The notes beneath the pieces were generated by a model. The model was given only the letters and a program-made list of their open reading frames with translations. It was not told the DNA's origin and ran no database searches. DNA of 63,395 nt, counting the filler, from Choristocarpus tenellus KU-1152 (Eukaryota; Protista; Phaeophyceae), in NCBI GenBank assembly GCA_964200185.2. It is 12 parts of 12 records of this genome, joined end to end, with 100 filler letters (N's around TTAATTAATTAA, not from the genome) between each part and the next. Parts side by side here need not be neighbours in the genome. Positions count along the whole stretch, not along the records: positions 33,871 to 39,091 come from CAXNAD020011458.1; positions 39,192 to 44,424 come from CAXNAD020011411.1; positions 44,525 to 50,007 come from CAXNAD020010642.1; 9 more parts are not named here. One strand, written 5' to 3'. Both the position numbers and the translations under genes were made by a program. Shown piece after piece: positions 35,506 through 48,845 of this stretch (its first letter is position 1; each line of letters opens with the position of its first letter).

Positions 35506-37902
35506 CAACCCTGACATCAGCCCTAACCCTAACAAAAGCTGCAACAGTAACAAGATAGTGCTTCCACTAACCCTACAGCACGGACATGACCAGAGTAACT
35601 ACCATACAAAATGCTAAACCACACTACGAATAGAGAAGAAATGAAACTCTAACCCTTTAAACTCAGACAAAGGTGGGGAAAAAAATGGTGAAAAAGAGCT
35701 GGTTTGAGGAGCAAAGAGTGCGAGTATAAACTGGCACTGTATCAGATGTGAATATTTTGTGATGTGAAGAAAAGGAGCGCATTTTCCTGTTGTATGACCG
35801 AAAATGGCAATAGCACAACAAATGCCCCTCATTTTTAATCCACAAAATGGTAGGCGCAGTGCGAGCATTTCTTTGATAACATTTCAGCAGCATCAAAATC
35901 TAAGCAATTTCTTCGACTGGACGGATGGAGGAAGGGCAAGAATAAGCAAGGACGTATGCAAACACTCAATTCAGCGGTGAGGAAAGTGGTTGCACATAGA
36001 GGCAGGAGGTAGCAGCAGAGCCTGTGTCTCGGTACCTCTGCCTCTCTTAACAAAGTCGAGCAGTCTTTTCATAGAGCAACGAAAATGTGCTACAAATATA
36101 TTATACCAAGGCTTTCAACCATCACACCATGTCAAATATACTGCACACCTTGAGAACCGTGGATCTTGTTTTTTCTTAAGCTTTGTTATCTCCCTGCCAA
36201 TGAGGGTGGCCTTGAGGAGACCCACCGACGCAGGGATCTCATTTAATTCCTGAATGACCAATTGAAGTATAGGACGATAGAGTGTGCAGGGGGGTCGGGG
36301 GAGCTGGATGAAAAAATTGGGCATCAACTTGGATTAGCCACAAGTAACACAAGATTAGCATGTAAGTGTATGGTAGCTACATATTTTCTCTAGGTTATTG
36401 TTGTATTGTCAAGGGTGTATTTATGCAGCCTTCAGTACACATAATGCACAATAACAGACTATTCTGGACAGTCTTTCATGTGTCAATGGTGCACCCTATT
36501 GTTTTTGGGATATGAATCAGTATTGTATTGGTGAAACTTTCTATCGGAGGGCTACAAAAAACATGTCATCAAAGAAGTATCTTGTGTAGGTCTGTTGGGG
36601 GAATACGTATAGCGCTCACTACATCACGGTAGTGGCCACCGTAAATACTGTAGGTGGGAGTTGGGAGGTCCATGGCTAAACCACCTGCAGGATTGATACC
36701 ACTTGGTCCGGCCAACGCGAAGAAGAGTCTTTCTTCTCAGGTTCCGATTCAATCAATCCCTGCAGTGCCTGGTGTGTGTAGATGGGGGGAGAGGCCGGCG
36801 CAGCAGCTCAGCATGACACACAATCGGCATGAATGCCAAGGTAGCTCCATCATGTGGGATACGACCGATCTATATGCAAAGGATAAGGCACCGAGAGTAA
36901 CGAAATGGCACTTCGCGAAAAGAAAAGCAGCGGAATACTCCAAGAATTTGAGTGAACATTCTTCACTACAGCAATAATCCCAGACCCGATGCATACTGGA
37001 GTCTCTCTCAGCCTTTATCAGATGATCTCACCGCCTTCTGCTCCTCGACCCGTTTAATCAGTATAGGACCCGGTGCTGGGATGGACCTCCGAAGAATATG
37101 ACCATCTAATCATCAATGGGATAGGAATGAATATGGACGAAGTCTTAGCGCGGAAATACGGAAGATGGGGAACATATACTCCAATAGAGCGATCGTGGCA
37201 AGTAGCTTTTAGTGTACTTCATGATCTTCGGGCAAACTGCGGGTTGAGACAGGGTGACTCTCATAAGAGACGCAATTGTCCAAACACCACAGCTTACCTA
37301 CAGCTGTCTTCCAGAAGGCGACATCCACCTCCTCGCAGAGTAGATTCTGAACGACATCAGAGATCGAGACCAAAGGAGTTGAATATGACATGCGGTTAAG
37401 AGATTGCTTGAGGACATTTTTAGGCTCGTTCTCGCCACAACTCTACCACCAAGCCCCCAAGTTCCTACCTCATTCTCATCTTGAAGAGCTTGCACAAGTT
37501 CAGGAGTCGCCTTGTCCTTCGCCCTTCGAAGGAGATCAATGAACATCTCGGTCGGAATATCGCCTAAGTTCCCCAACCTGTCAAGATGTCTGGGGAAACA
37601 TATCGATAGTTGATAGATTGGACTATTTAAACACAGCGAAGCGCAAAAGTTACATCTCAGCTTCTCCTCACAGAGTAAAGAAATATTTAAGGGGATGCCC
37701 ATGAAGTAGGGTACTATTTACTGTTAGGAGGGGTTTGGGACAATGCTATGTCTAGAAGTTAACGGGAAAACGTGTGTGCATTTTGAGTCATCCCGCACCT
37801 TGCGCACGTGTCCAGGCATATTAGCTTGAGAGTAGGGATTTGCTCCGTCTTCCCAAGAGCCCCACCACCAATAGTCGGACGTCCATGACCGATGCTGTAC
37901 AT
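35012..37902 (-). CDS. Elongin A-like protein with internal TFIIS N-terminal (LW/Med26) domain; 3' exons unresolved
   Basis: Seven phase-compatible GT-AG exons: 37902-37799, 37589-37469, 37346-37298, 37105-37032, 36768-36685, 36249-36149, 35198-35012. They give IPTLKLICLDTC (BC-box-like), LGNLGDIP, VAFWK, VVSILQELNEIPASVGLLKATLIGREITKLKK...LAAALVKRWK, and TWHELY. Confidence 0.85.
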
Positions 37903-38147
37903 CTATACTCCCTGTGCTTTTGCCCTGAGGTCAGAGCAATTCGGGGTTTGTAAGTTGTGAATTGTCCAATGTTGGTTGGGATACTTGTTCGCTGTCTTAT
38001 ATTTACTAACAACCTACATATTATTCCCAGAACGAGATGTAAGTTCTTTGCCTCTGAACTACTTAAATTACGGTATACCTTCAGTTGTCAAACATTATTT
38101 AATGTATTATCTATATTTTATGGTGTTTGACATTTCGTACATGTATC

Positions 38148-38747
38148 TGTCAGCGGAAAAGCCAGTTCAGTATCATAATAACCCTTCTAAAAAGTAACAG
38201 TTTCCTAAATGTGAAAGATACCATTGTGAGAGCCATATTCCACAGAAAGTATACCCTGAAGGTAACCTATCTTGAAGAATCTGATTCATATGATATTTCT
38301 TCTTGCATGTTGAAGATAACATCTGCTTGAAGTAAGATCGGGTTGTTTGAGGGGGACCTTACACAAACCCCCCTCATTCAGTTACCACTTGAGTGATCTT
38401 CTGAGGGATTGCTCTCCCTCTTTGACTTGCCTCTCTTTGATCTTGCCTCCTGTGGGTCTTCCCGCTCCCCTTCATTACGAAGAACCTGTCAGCTTCTTTC
38501 CATCTGTTTCACACCATTCGATAATCTATTTACTTTTCCACTACCACCTATACTACACCTACTATGTATGCCTCCAACCTAGCTTAGCCCTACAATCCCA
38601 GGCGAGGAGCTTGGGAAGCATCTCAAGAATCTGACCGGTTTCTTGCTCATCTCCCTGGAGTCCCCAGCTTAATTAAAAACGCATTACACGTGTTCATAGA
38701 GGGACTTGTATTATGACAAAAACTTTTGTTGTAAACGGGATTTGACA
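38148..38747. mobile_element. Solo LTR-like element (family D) containing a nested LTR
   Basis: TGTCA...TTTGACA ends, GTATC/GTTTC near-TSD; homologous to 51889-52068 and about 62724-63207. Confidence 0.7.
38225..38513 (+). mobile_element. Solo LTR nested in family D
   Basis: TGTGAGA...TTTCACA ends, CCAT TSD; homologs at 9421-9712 and 53258-53311; absent from the family D copy near 62800. Confidence 0.85.
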
Positions 38748-38778
38748 GTTTCAATGTAATATTGTTGTAGGAATTAGA

Positions 38779-39091
38779 GGCCCAAAGTATCTGGGAGGAG
38801 GGGGGGAGTCTACACCAGGGTGTCCATTTGGAGTCATATCCAGGAAAAGTGCACTTATATTATCCATCCGACGTATGCAACCAAATAACCCAAAAATGGC
38901 AACATGAAAAAATCAGCCCCAAATGGACAGCCGCCACCCCCCCACAGATACTTTGATCCAGAGTTAGACCCAAAGTATCTGGGAGGGGGGGGGTGTATAC
39001 TAGGGTGTCCATTTGGACCAAAATCAGGAAAAATGCATTTACACCCACAGATACTTTGATCCAGAGTTAGACCCAAAGTATCTGGGAGGGG
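38779..39091 (+). mobile_element. MITE family B cluster (full copy 38779-38959 plus partial copies from 38967 and 39070)
   Basis: The first copy has an AGA TSD; the inter-element junction repeats with a 103-bp period. Confidence 0.85.
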
Positions 39092-40538
39092 NNNNNNNNN
39101 NNNNNNNNNNNNNNNNNNNNNNNNNNNNNNNNNNNTTAATTAATTAANNNNNNNNNNNNNNNNNNNNNNNNNNNNNNNNNNNNNNNNNNNNGAGAAGAAG
39201 TATTCAATTTCCATTCACTTCTCCCTGCCAGGCCATGGTCAAATCCCCCTGTTTTGAGCTTGATCAAGTGCAAGAGGTGGTTGCTGACTTCAAGGTGAGG
39301 ACTTTGATGGGGCGGGGACACAGGGACGGCAAGGGAACAGCGTTGATTGGAAGAAGTGGAAAGCAGCGTAGTAATGGCCCCAGGCCAAAACTGGGTGCTC
39401 CTGAGTATGTATGTATTTTTTTAATATTGAGGTATATAGGAGTACCATTAGACACCACAAACAACAGTATGCACCTCCAAGGGCATGCAGTTTGAGCTGC
39501 AGGTATCTGTACACTACATCCAGTCATTGGTGATACGGGGAAAACATATTTAGGTGATGATCATGCTATGAATGATGGCAGGCAGGGAATTCACGAAAGA
39601 CTCTCCAACAGTAGATTTTTCATTGTTCTCTCAATGGGACACCCCAGCATCGATATTTTCTTGAACATTGTTGGACGAACCTTTCCAAACTCCCCTCCTT
39701 CCTGGCCAGTCACCCACAGAAACTCAGGACGGGCCAGGGGATCTTGTCCAAGACACGCAAGCCAGTGCTGGACTCAAAGGAAGTACTGACTGCTCCAAGA
39801 TGAGGTCATTGCACAATCGGGACGTTCTTCTCACAAGGGTTGCATATTGGTGGGTCAATACAATAATTGCAATCACTCTCCTCCCTTTGCCTACGAAGAG
39901 GTTCAGCTCAACTACTTCCAGGTGGTTTCTCCAATGCATCTATGATATGACAGAGTGTATATATGATTAGTTCCTAGGAATTCCCCCCTCCCTATAACCG
40001 TATAATGTACTCTCTCCAATTTGCCTCACCTCCAGCGCCTTGTCAACTTCCGACAATAATGCCGTCTTGGGAGCACAAAGACGAGAGAACCAAGGAGAAT
40101 GGCTAGACGGTTTCTATGTAAGCAAGGGAAACCTATGGGTGTTCACCTATTGTGGAAGAAGTAGCAGAGTGTTATGATTCCTTAGTTGCCATGGAGATGG
40201 TCAGACTCTTCAGTGTTCTTACTCATGGGGCATTGTAGAAGTTGCAAAAATGTGTGTGGTGTGAGTTGGCTTAGTGGTCCCAAGCTCTCTCAAGCATCAG
40301 GTCAATGATATCATACCACCTAGTGCTTTTGGATACAAGAGCAAGTGGGACATGAAAATACAAGGTATGTGTTGATTGGTTCCCGTCTGTGAAAAGAGGC
40401 ATGATGAGAAGGTACAGCAATAAGAAGAAGAACAAACACTATAGATTGGGCACTACGTAGCATCTTGAACACTGCCAAGAATATTTCTAGTAGCCCTAAG
40501 GCCCTTACAATACTTCAGGCAATCAATGCCTTCCACTA

Positions 40539-40791
40539 GAGTGAAAGTATCTTAGAGGGTATGACATTTGCCCTGTTTGTCCGTTTGGGGCTTGGCTTCC
40601 TCCGGGTTTGTTATGGCATTTTCCTACTCCTAAATCTTTTCGGAGTAGGTAAAATGTATATGAAAAGGTGTGTCTGGAACAAGGATATTGACACTTCCTA
40701 ACAAACACAATAGCCAAAATTACATCAACATCGCAACATTGGAATTTGGCCCCAAATGGACGCGGCTCTACCCTCTAAGGTACTTGGACTC
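40539..40791 (-). mobile_element. MITE family A
   Basis: GAGTGAAAGTATC...GGTACTTGGACTC; ACTA/ACAA flanks. Confidence 0.92.
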
Positions 40792-41444
40792 ACAAAGTAT
40801 ATAATGTCCCACTCTCTGTGAGCCCTGGTCTGTTGGGGTTGACCTACTGTACTTCCTGACGTTCCTTAGTCCCCTTTGATTAGTATTGTCGCTCCCCTGC
40901 ATCTAGAGATCCCATACTCGAGCAACAATAAATACATATTATTGTTTTGTCTCTTATATGCCCAAACTCCACCACTTAGCGAGCCTGCCCTGCCCCTCAC
41001 AGAAAGAACGCAGAGGGATGGACTTAACCCTTGAGAATACTGGGGCAATGATGCGCGAACTAAAGGTGAGCTTATGCTTCTTACCACCAGGCCAGATATT
41101 GTAGGGTCATTATCTATCTACATGCAGCAGTGGCTCATTCAAACATACAATGTACCTTGGTTTCCAAGTATAATCTGTTCTGCCATACCAATCTCCACCA
41201 CATGCTGCTGATGAGGAATTGTTGGGGGTAGTGAGCACAGTCTGCACAGTTGGTTTCCTTTGTGTTTGGTAACTGTTGGTAACACAACCCAAGGAGGTTA
41301 AACGAGGAACTGTTTATGATGAGGCAGCAAGGGCAATGATAGCTGAGCTCAGTAGGCGAAAAATGTTCTCCTTGAACGTGCACTACCGCTCTATGTTTGC
41401 TATGCTTTCGTTTGTTGTAACAATCCGACTCTTGCTTCATGTAG

Positions 41445-43636
41445 GTCAAGCAACTCGATCTGAGGAGGGAGCTCATGGTCCTCAAGGGGACTCAAAACGA
41501 CAATGGCTCAATAGATGCGCCACTCCCAAGGCTGGAGAGGCAATTGAAAAAGGGCCCTCAATCACCAGCTAGTGAGCAGTCAAATACTCTTGTTCATCAT
41601 GACAACAAGAAGCATCTCAGACGAACCAGAAAGTTGTTGGGCATCTGCAAACCAAGGAAGAACATCATCATTGACCCGTCTCATTTTGAGTATAAAGCTG
41701 TACTTGGGGAGGGAACATTTGGTGAGTAAGAGCGTCCCATGCTGTATAGTATTGATCCAATTGCAGAAGGCAACCCCAGTATTGTTTCGTGGGAGGCGCT
41801 ACTGAGTGCATCGTAGACAGCTAGCTGCATGTTTGTACCTATGGGAAAATGCCTTAAGAATATCATACATACATGCTTCGTATACTCTAGTGTACTACAT
41901 GGCAATTGCATTACACCAAAATATGTGTCATCCCCCATAGGGTTGTACACCTCAGTAAAAACTCTTGCCACACCAAAAGAATGAGGCAGTGAATGTCTTA
42001 CCTACGATAAAGTTGATGAATGCACCACTCTAGGATTGGAGACCCTGGTTACCGTAGATTGAATGGTCCTGGACTTCAGTTTTCGGAGCTAGTGACCCAT
42101 TGACCACGTGCATCAGGGTGACACTCTCAACCACACTGGGCCAACAGACCCAAACATTAATCGACTCAACAGAATGATCGAGCTTGGGATTCACTTGCTT
42201 GCAACATGTTTTCACATCTTTGCAGCCAGCCGCATCCAGTGTACAATGAATGACCAATTGGCGTTGATGTCGTAAAAATGTCACTCCACCATCTATGGGG
42301 TGGGTGGAGTGCCACGGTAGAGACCCATAAGCAATTGCATAAGTGAGTGTTAGCTTTGGTGTGGAAGAAGGGGCTTTAGGTTACATGTTCACATGAAAGT
42401 GGATAGTATCTTCTTGCTGGTGGGGCCGAGCGGCAGGCAGGGGGCATGATATGTAAGAAATAGAAGTATTCCATTCTAGGGGTTACAACCTGACAGAAAT
42501 AAGACATGAACAACTTCCTACTGCTGGAGAAAATGTTACAGGGTACATCTTGCCCCCAAGAAGGGACGAAATCAAGCCTCAGACAGTTTTGATCCTTACC
42601 GGAAGTCTCCTGCTGTAGACTACCCCCTGTCTACCTGCTCCTTCCCTGTGGGTATAGGTTTTGTTCAATTTGATGACAGTAGCCTTGAGCACGGTGACCA
42701 GTGGAGGCATGTTCAAGATGGCTTGTGAACCACGTTCATCCTCCCTGGTCAAACTAACACTAGCTTGAACTGCAGTGTATGCCATTTGGGGCCCCCATGG
42801 CCTCATCATGTGATTGATCAGACTATGACTCTGAATGAGAGAATTCTCAAATGTAATGCTTCCTCTCATCAAGGTCAGAAGCGCAATCAGGCAGGTCCTT
42901 CATCATCTCATAGTGCATGAGATCCCCCACAGCTCACTACCGTTCAATGCTGTTTTCCGCGAGGAGAGCAAGGAACCTGATCATTTCTATCCCCTGATGA
43001 CCCTTGCCCCCTGCCTTTCTGCCTTTGTGGGCGCTCTCACAACAACTCTGATTATAGGGAGTGTAATGCTTGCTAAGTACCACCTCGATCCAAGAACGGT
43101 TCCAACAAAGTTGAGCAATTTGGGGGAGCACTTTTGTGATGAGGACAAATCCCTCATTGCTGTGAAGAAGCAGCTTTCTCACATGGAAGAAAGCTTTGAA
43201 GGGGTGAGGATAAACATGCGGACTAGAAGCTTGTAACCATTTGAACAGAAATGATCCCATTGCCAGGAGGAGCACAACATACACATCAGTAGTAGATGGT
43301 CTTCAAATTTGATCAAGGAAGTAATAGATGGTATTCCCTACCCAGCATGTCATACTGAAGTGTTCAATTCCCTCAATATCCTAGTGCTGGTGCCTTCTCT
43401 TGGGCAAGAACATCTAGAAGGGAGACTACCATCCCACTCCCTATTTGACTGTGCCATTATGGCAATGAGTGTACCCTTTGTCCCCAAAACTTGAAACAGG
43501 AGCACCTTCTGCTGAAGATGGACCACCCTTCCATTATCGCGACATTTGGCATCTGTAAGGATTGCCCAAATTCCCTGGTGATGGAGTACATGTCCGGGGG
43601 GAATGCATTGGACTTTGTGGAGAGCGTGGCACACAG
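41445..43636 (+). CDS. Protein kinase (TKL-like), partial: subdomains I-V
   Basis: Phase-compatible exons 41445-41721 (VLGEGTFG), 43058-43203 (SVMLAKY...LIAVKK) and 43500-43636 (LLKMDHPSIIATFGIC...SLVMEYMSGG). Probable upstream exons near 39230-39294 and 41003-41065 are not resolved. The catalytic loop was not found before the contig end. Confidence 0.85.
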
Positions 43637-44524
43637 GTATGATTCAGTCCTCGGGATCAGGAGCCCTGAACCTTATGCTCTCATGTACCAGAACTTGGGG
43701 GTCGTAGTTCAGAGATATTCAAAAGACTGATAAATTGACCCTTCACCTTCAAGTTCCCTCCTAGGAGGATTTTCCCCTTTAGCCTTTCCCTGGCTTGACA
43801 ATCGTTCCCCGCTGGCACTGTGGAGTCTGTCATCTCCAACAATGTAAACAGTCCAACCAGGCACCAAGTCTTAGGACCTTCCATTCAATAGAGGTTAAGC
43901 CCAAGCAAAAATGTCAGTGCAAGGTCAAAGCACAATCATTGCCCCTCAATTGAAATGTGAGGTATGCAACATACACTTTGGTCATATAATCGATCTTGGG
44001 TTGGAAAATGGACTACTGAAGAGGGAATTGCAACTTATTTTCTCATGCACCTGACCTGAGAGTTGTTGACTGGCTGCACTATTGTCAATGCACCACAGTA
44101 TTGCTCAAGGCAACTAATCAGAGCTTGTTTGATTCAATCCCCACCCCATCCAACCCAGAGGTGTGATTTCATTGTCCTCCTCGTTTTTCATCACTACCTG
44201 TACCAGTGCACACCCCACCAAGTTCTTTATCTTATCACCACAAGCACTTGAGTTAGCTGCACAACATTCTCAAGTGCAAATACATACCACTATATTTGAA
44301 AGGGTGAATATGTTATATGCATCCTCACACAATCCTTAAACTGTAGTATACCATGTGATTGAGTCAGTGTGTGCCATGTTTATCTACAAGCTGTTCCACC
44401 AGGTCTGTGCCTTGTGTCCCTTGTNNNNNNNNNNNNNNNNNNNNNNNNNNNNNNNNNNNNNNNNNNNNTTAATTAATTAANNNNNNNNNNNNNNNNNNNN
44501 NNNNNNNNNNNNNNNNNNNNNNNN

Positions 44525-46568
44525 CCGCCCACCTTGTCGTGCCTCCAAGACCCCACTTCCACCTCCATGAAGGTGCACAGCATTCGGGTTGAATCCTGGG
44601 TGTCGTCCAGAAGTGCTGGATCTGTACCCTGAACTACTTCCATGGGCAGGCATCTGCTCTTCCCCAACCTTGCCATCTGGGTCAGGCCCCTGCCTCAACC
44701 CCAGTCCACGGGTCATCCCTTGTCCTGCCCCCATTCCTGACTGCACATCTCCAGTATACCCCCCCCGCGTTAACGACCCTGGCCATCCAACAGGAGACAG
44801 GGCATGATTTGGCATGCGATACGGGAGGTGCACATGTGAAGCTCGAGATAGCGGTAGCATTTGGCGATCTTTCTCGCGTTCGTGAAGCCCATTTCTACTC
44901 CTGCTCTCACTCCCATTAACACTCCTACCCCCTACATAGCGGAGCAAGTTTGGGCGGCCACGGAGAAAGTTCTCATGGGCATAGCTTCCAGCCTCTGGAC
45001 CATCAAAGCGCTCACGGAAGCCACACTCTTCAAACAGTTTCCAAAAGTCTTCTAACTCATCCCTGTGGAAATAGCGGGGGAGGATCTCAGAGGAAAGTTG
45101 TTCAGGGTCCCGCACAATGAAACCTGTTCCTGATTGTGTCCAGGATATCACAGCTTCACTCTCCCGGGTCAAGATGTCATAGAGACGTTCAGCAAAGTCC
45201 TGGAGGGAAAAAAACGGCATTGGCCAGCAGAGGGGACAGGTGAGACGAGGGGTGTGAGAGAGGCTACTGTAAAAATAAGATCAAAGTCAAGAGCAAGAGG
45301 TGGGTCAATAAATGTATCCCCATGCCGATGGTCCATCAAAACAAGAGGTGGACGACAACTTTGCATATTGATGCTCTAAAGAAAATCAAGGCTAACTACT
45401 ATTTGGGGTTGCAACAGTATTGTATTTTGAATGAGTCGGAAAAGGAGCCCATTGGAGGTTCCACCACCATGTTACACAACAAAAAAGCATTGCATCAACA
45501 TAATCTCAATCAACCATGGTTATCATGTGACAAGACATCTACACACCCCTTAATAATGATAGACGCGATGCCATCAATTTTGCAGACCTGAGTTGCACTT
45601 TTCTCTGGACCCCACTCTCCCTGTTGGTGCTGTCCCAGATGACCTGAGTCATGTCCCCTGGGGTAGGGGTAGCCATGTCGAGGGTACGACGCCACGCCCA
45701 ATCCACCCCCAGGGTAAATATGAGGTGCGCTAGAGCTCCACTGTTCATACTCGGGGTGGGGGGTGGCTTCTCCCTTATCCCCCTGTTCACCTCCATCCGC
45801 TGGTTCATCTTTGGTGGCACTTTGTGCCATGCACTGCAAAAGTCCGACCACCTCAGTCTCACGTTCATTGAGATCAACCTTGCGTTGACCTCTCCTCTCG
45901 CCGCCAACCCCGGAGATTCCCTTTTCTCCAGCCCTACTTACCGTTTCCCTCCCACTATGCCTGTGACTCGTTTCTCCTGTGTTGGTATGTTCCTCCCAAT
46001 GAGCCGACTGCGGTGGTGGAGCGGGTAGGATATTGACTCTCGAATGAGGAGGGGTCTTGACAGAGGCGTTGCGGGGGCATTGCAATTGATTTGCCGGTGT
46101 GGGGCGAGCCGGTGTGGGCTTTGTGGCCCGTCGAATATTCATGAGGTTGTCGGTGTCCCCACGCTGAAAGTATGGGTGCATGTAGCTCCCTAACTCTGCC
46201 CCCTTTGTGACCTTGCGGAAGCCATATAGATTGAGCTGCCGCTGGAAGCTGCTGAACTTGTCCTGCTTGAAATATCGGCCCAAAATCTCGCGACTGAATC
46301 GCTCATGATTTCGTACCTCGAAACCCTTCCCCGTGGTAGTCCACCCAACGATAGCGGGGTCTTCCTCATCGAGGATCTCGTACAGTTTGCTGGGGAAGGC
46401 CTGCGGAGCTCCACGCTTACCGAAGCGCGGGTATTTTGTGTACCGCGGAGTGTGTGCCTGCTGTTCTCTCCCGTGATTAGGCTTGGCAACCACAGACCCC
46501 CCTGTACCCGCCGTAAAAAGAGGTTCATAAATAGATCCTGCCATCGGTGCCCGCCCTTGCGCTTCCAT
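44525..46568 (-). CDS. Heat-shock-factor family transcription factor with two HSF DNA-binding domains (3' truncated)
   Basis: Exon 46568-45588 has FPSKLYEIL...FSSFQRQLNLYGFRK...HPYFQRG. A phase-0 GT-AG intron leads to an exon starting at 45199 with FAERLYDIL...ISWTQSGTGFIVRD...ILPRYF...HENFLRG. Confidence 0.9.
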
Positions 46569-48664
46569 GTGCCACTTATTGACAACCCGTCGTTTGGTCC
46601 CACACTCCAAGGAATAGGAGGAATTGACGCGAACTGAGGATCTCCCCGTTAGGGTGAGCAGATTTGCAGCACTGAATTTGAAAAAGGCGAATCATTCACC
46701 AGTTCCCCTCTTAGTGTGTGTCTAAAAGGTACGGATCAGGGGCTTTCCCTCAACAAGTAGGTATTCCTCGTCCCTTTTGTGTTACAACCTGTTTTGCCTT
46801 CTTCTCCTCATATATGTATGTAAATCAGAGTCCCTAAATTATTCGGGTGGAACTCCCGAAGAATTTCAAAGAAATTTGTTCTTTTCTTGACAGGGACATA
46901 AATATAAATCGGGGAATCAGAACGCCATTCATTGTTTGAGTGAACATACATCGATTTCCTGTCGTATTTTGAGTCTATATACTATTGTTATTCTATGATA
47001 GGATCTTCCCATCAGTCAGGTATAATTAAACTGAGGTCTGTTGTGACCCATCCGTAGAACTGAGAACAACACGCAAAGCAATACCGCATTGTCTGGGGGA
47101 TTACAAATAATAAAGAGATATTAAATATGATTAGTCCTTGCGACAAAGATTTTGATAGCCTAATTATCAAGAGTAGAAGACATCTCAAATCTCAATTATC
47201 AAGTATCTCACACATGTTAGAGAGAAAAATCCTCCATTTTCACAGCCAACCAACACAGAACAGTTGACATGCACGGAACTGGAACCACTGATTCTTGGAC
47301 GTAGTTTACAATAGAAGTAAACTATGTAGTTATAAAGTTTGGTTACTTTGATTTATCAAAACTGAACAACAGAAACGCACACACAAACAAAATCTTAGGA
47401 TGAAAAGACCTTCCTCCATTCTTCCTGTTCCAGACTAATTTTCGAAATATCTCATGAAGAATTGTTGGTGAGGGTGCTACCATAATATGCAACGCCTCTT
47501 TTTGGAACTCTTCTTATACATTACGATGTTCAAGCATATAGTGAATCAAAACAATTCAGATCACAACAATAGCAATAACGCCGAGGTTCGCGAGGAAGTA
47601 AAAAGGGATTTAACGCGTAAACGCGCGAAGGACTTACAACGAGTGAAGAAAATATTTTGATCGTAGTAAGGGGTAGACTCTGTCTCATTGTCATATAAAC
47701 TCCATGTTATTTGTGGATCATATGTATTTGGGAAAAGGTAACTCCTTGATCTGCACACATCTTTCTCCATGGACAGAGTACTGATAATGACAAGGGTACC
47801 TGTATTTGGCCATTGAAATAGGGTGTCAGGCACAATGCATTTTATGACCAGGGCCCTTACAATCAAAATGGTCAAAATCTTTCCCATCCAGGGTATCAAA
47901 TGTTAAGCCGTCAGCATCACTGGGATGAGTGACAGACGACAAATCCGCAGATTTGCTTCGAATGCGTGGACGAGGGAGGAAGTAGTTGGCCACCGACCCT
48001 TCCCGTAGGAGCACGCAGCGATCATAAAGACAGAGGGACTGTTAAAATGGCTTTGCTGAAGACAAAAATACTGGGGACACTCTCCATTTGGTTGTCACTT
48101 CCTCTTCTGCTCAGACATTAAACTTAAGATCACCCTTTTCATACGTACGAAACATACACCGTACAGGGTTAACGTCGTACTCTCGCATGTGTACCTCCAC
48201 TCGCTCGAGAACGGAATTTTCCGACACGTAGTCATCTTTTTAATTTAATAGTAGACCAGCAAAAAAGAGGGTTCCACCTTTCGAGAGGCGTGGGACTTTT
48301 CCATTAACTACAGCAAGTTTCGTATGTCATACGTGCTTCCATACGTATTTGTCTTGTTACGCCCAATGTCATGTTGTCAAGTTTGTCATGGGTAAAAAAG
48401 ACAAGCAACATCAGGAAAGAAAACACACTAAAATAGAACCTGGAGAAGAGGAAATACTATGTAGAGAACACAACAATCTATATTTGGTGTTCTGACGACC
48501 TTTCGACCACTACAAATAAAGATGTCAGGTGATGGGGGTGTATCAAAATAGCGGTCAAGGACTGTAGACAAGGCAAACGCTCTATAGCGAGTAGTCAAGG
48601 GTCAAAGTAGCCGTCACTTGACATATTTGACTACAAGTACGCACTTTATACAACCGATCTAGAA

Positions 48665-48845
48665 GGCCCAAAGTATCTGGGGGGAGGGGGGGGGGCTACA
48701 CAGGGGTGTCCATTTGGGTCAAAATCGGGAAAAGTGCATTTTCATTACTCATCCGACGTATGCAACCAAATCACTCAAAAATCGCGACATTAAAAAATTG
48801 ACCCCAAATGGACAGCCACCACCCCCCTCCCAGGTACATTGAGCC
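48665..48845 (+). mobile_element. MITE family B
   Basis: GGCCCAAAGTATCTGGGG...GGTACATTGAGCC; AGAA TSD. Confidence 0.92.

Noticed and set aside
35521-35533. Telomere at CCCTAACCCTAAC
   Set aside because: Only two units, inside an intron.
37073-37399. 108-aa plus-strand ORF
   Set aside because: Antisense to phase-consistent exons of the Elongin A-like gene; no recognisable domain.
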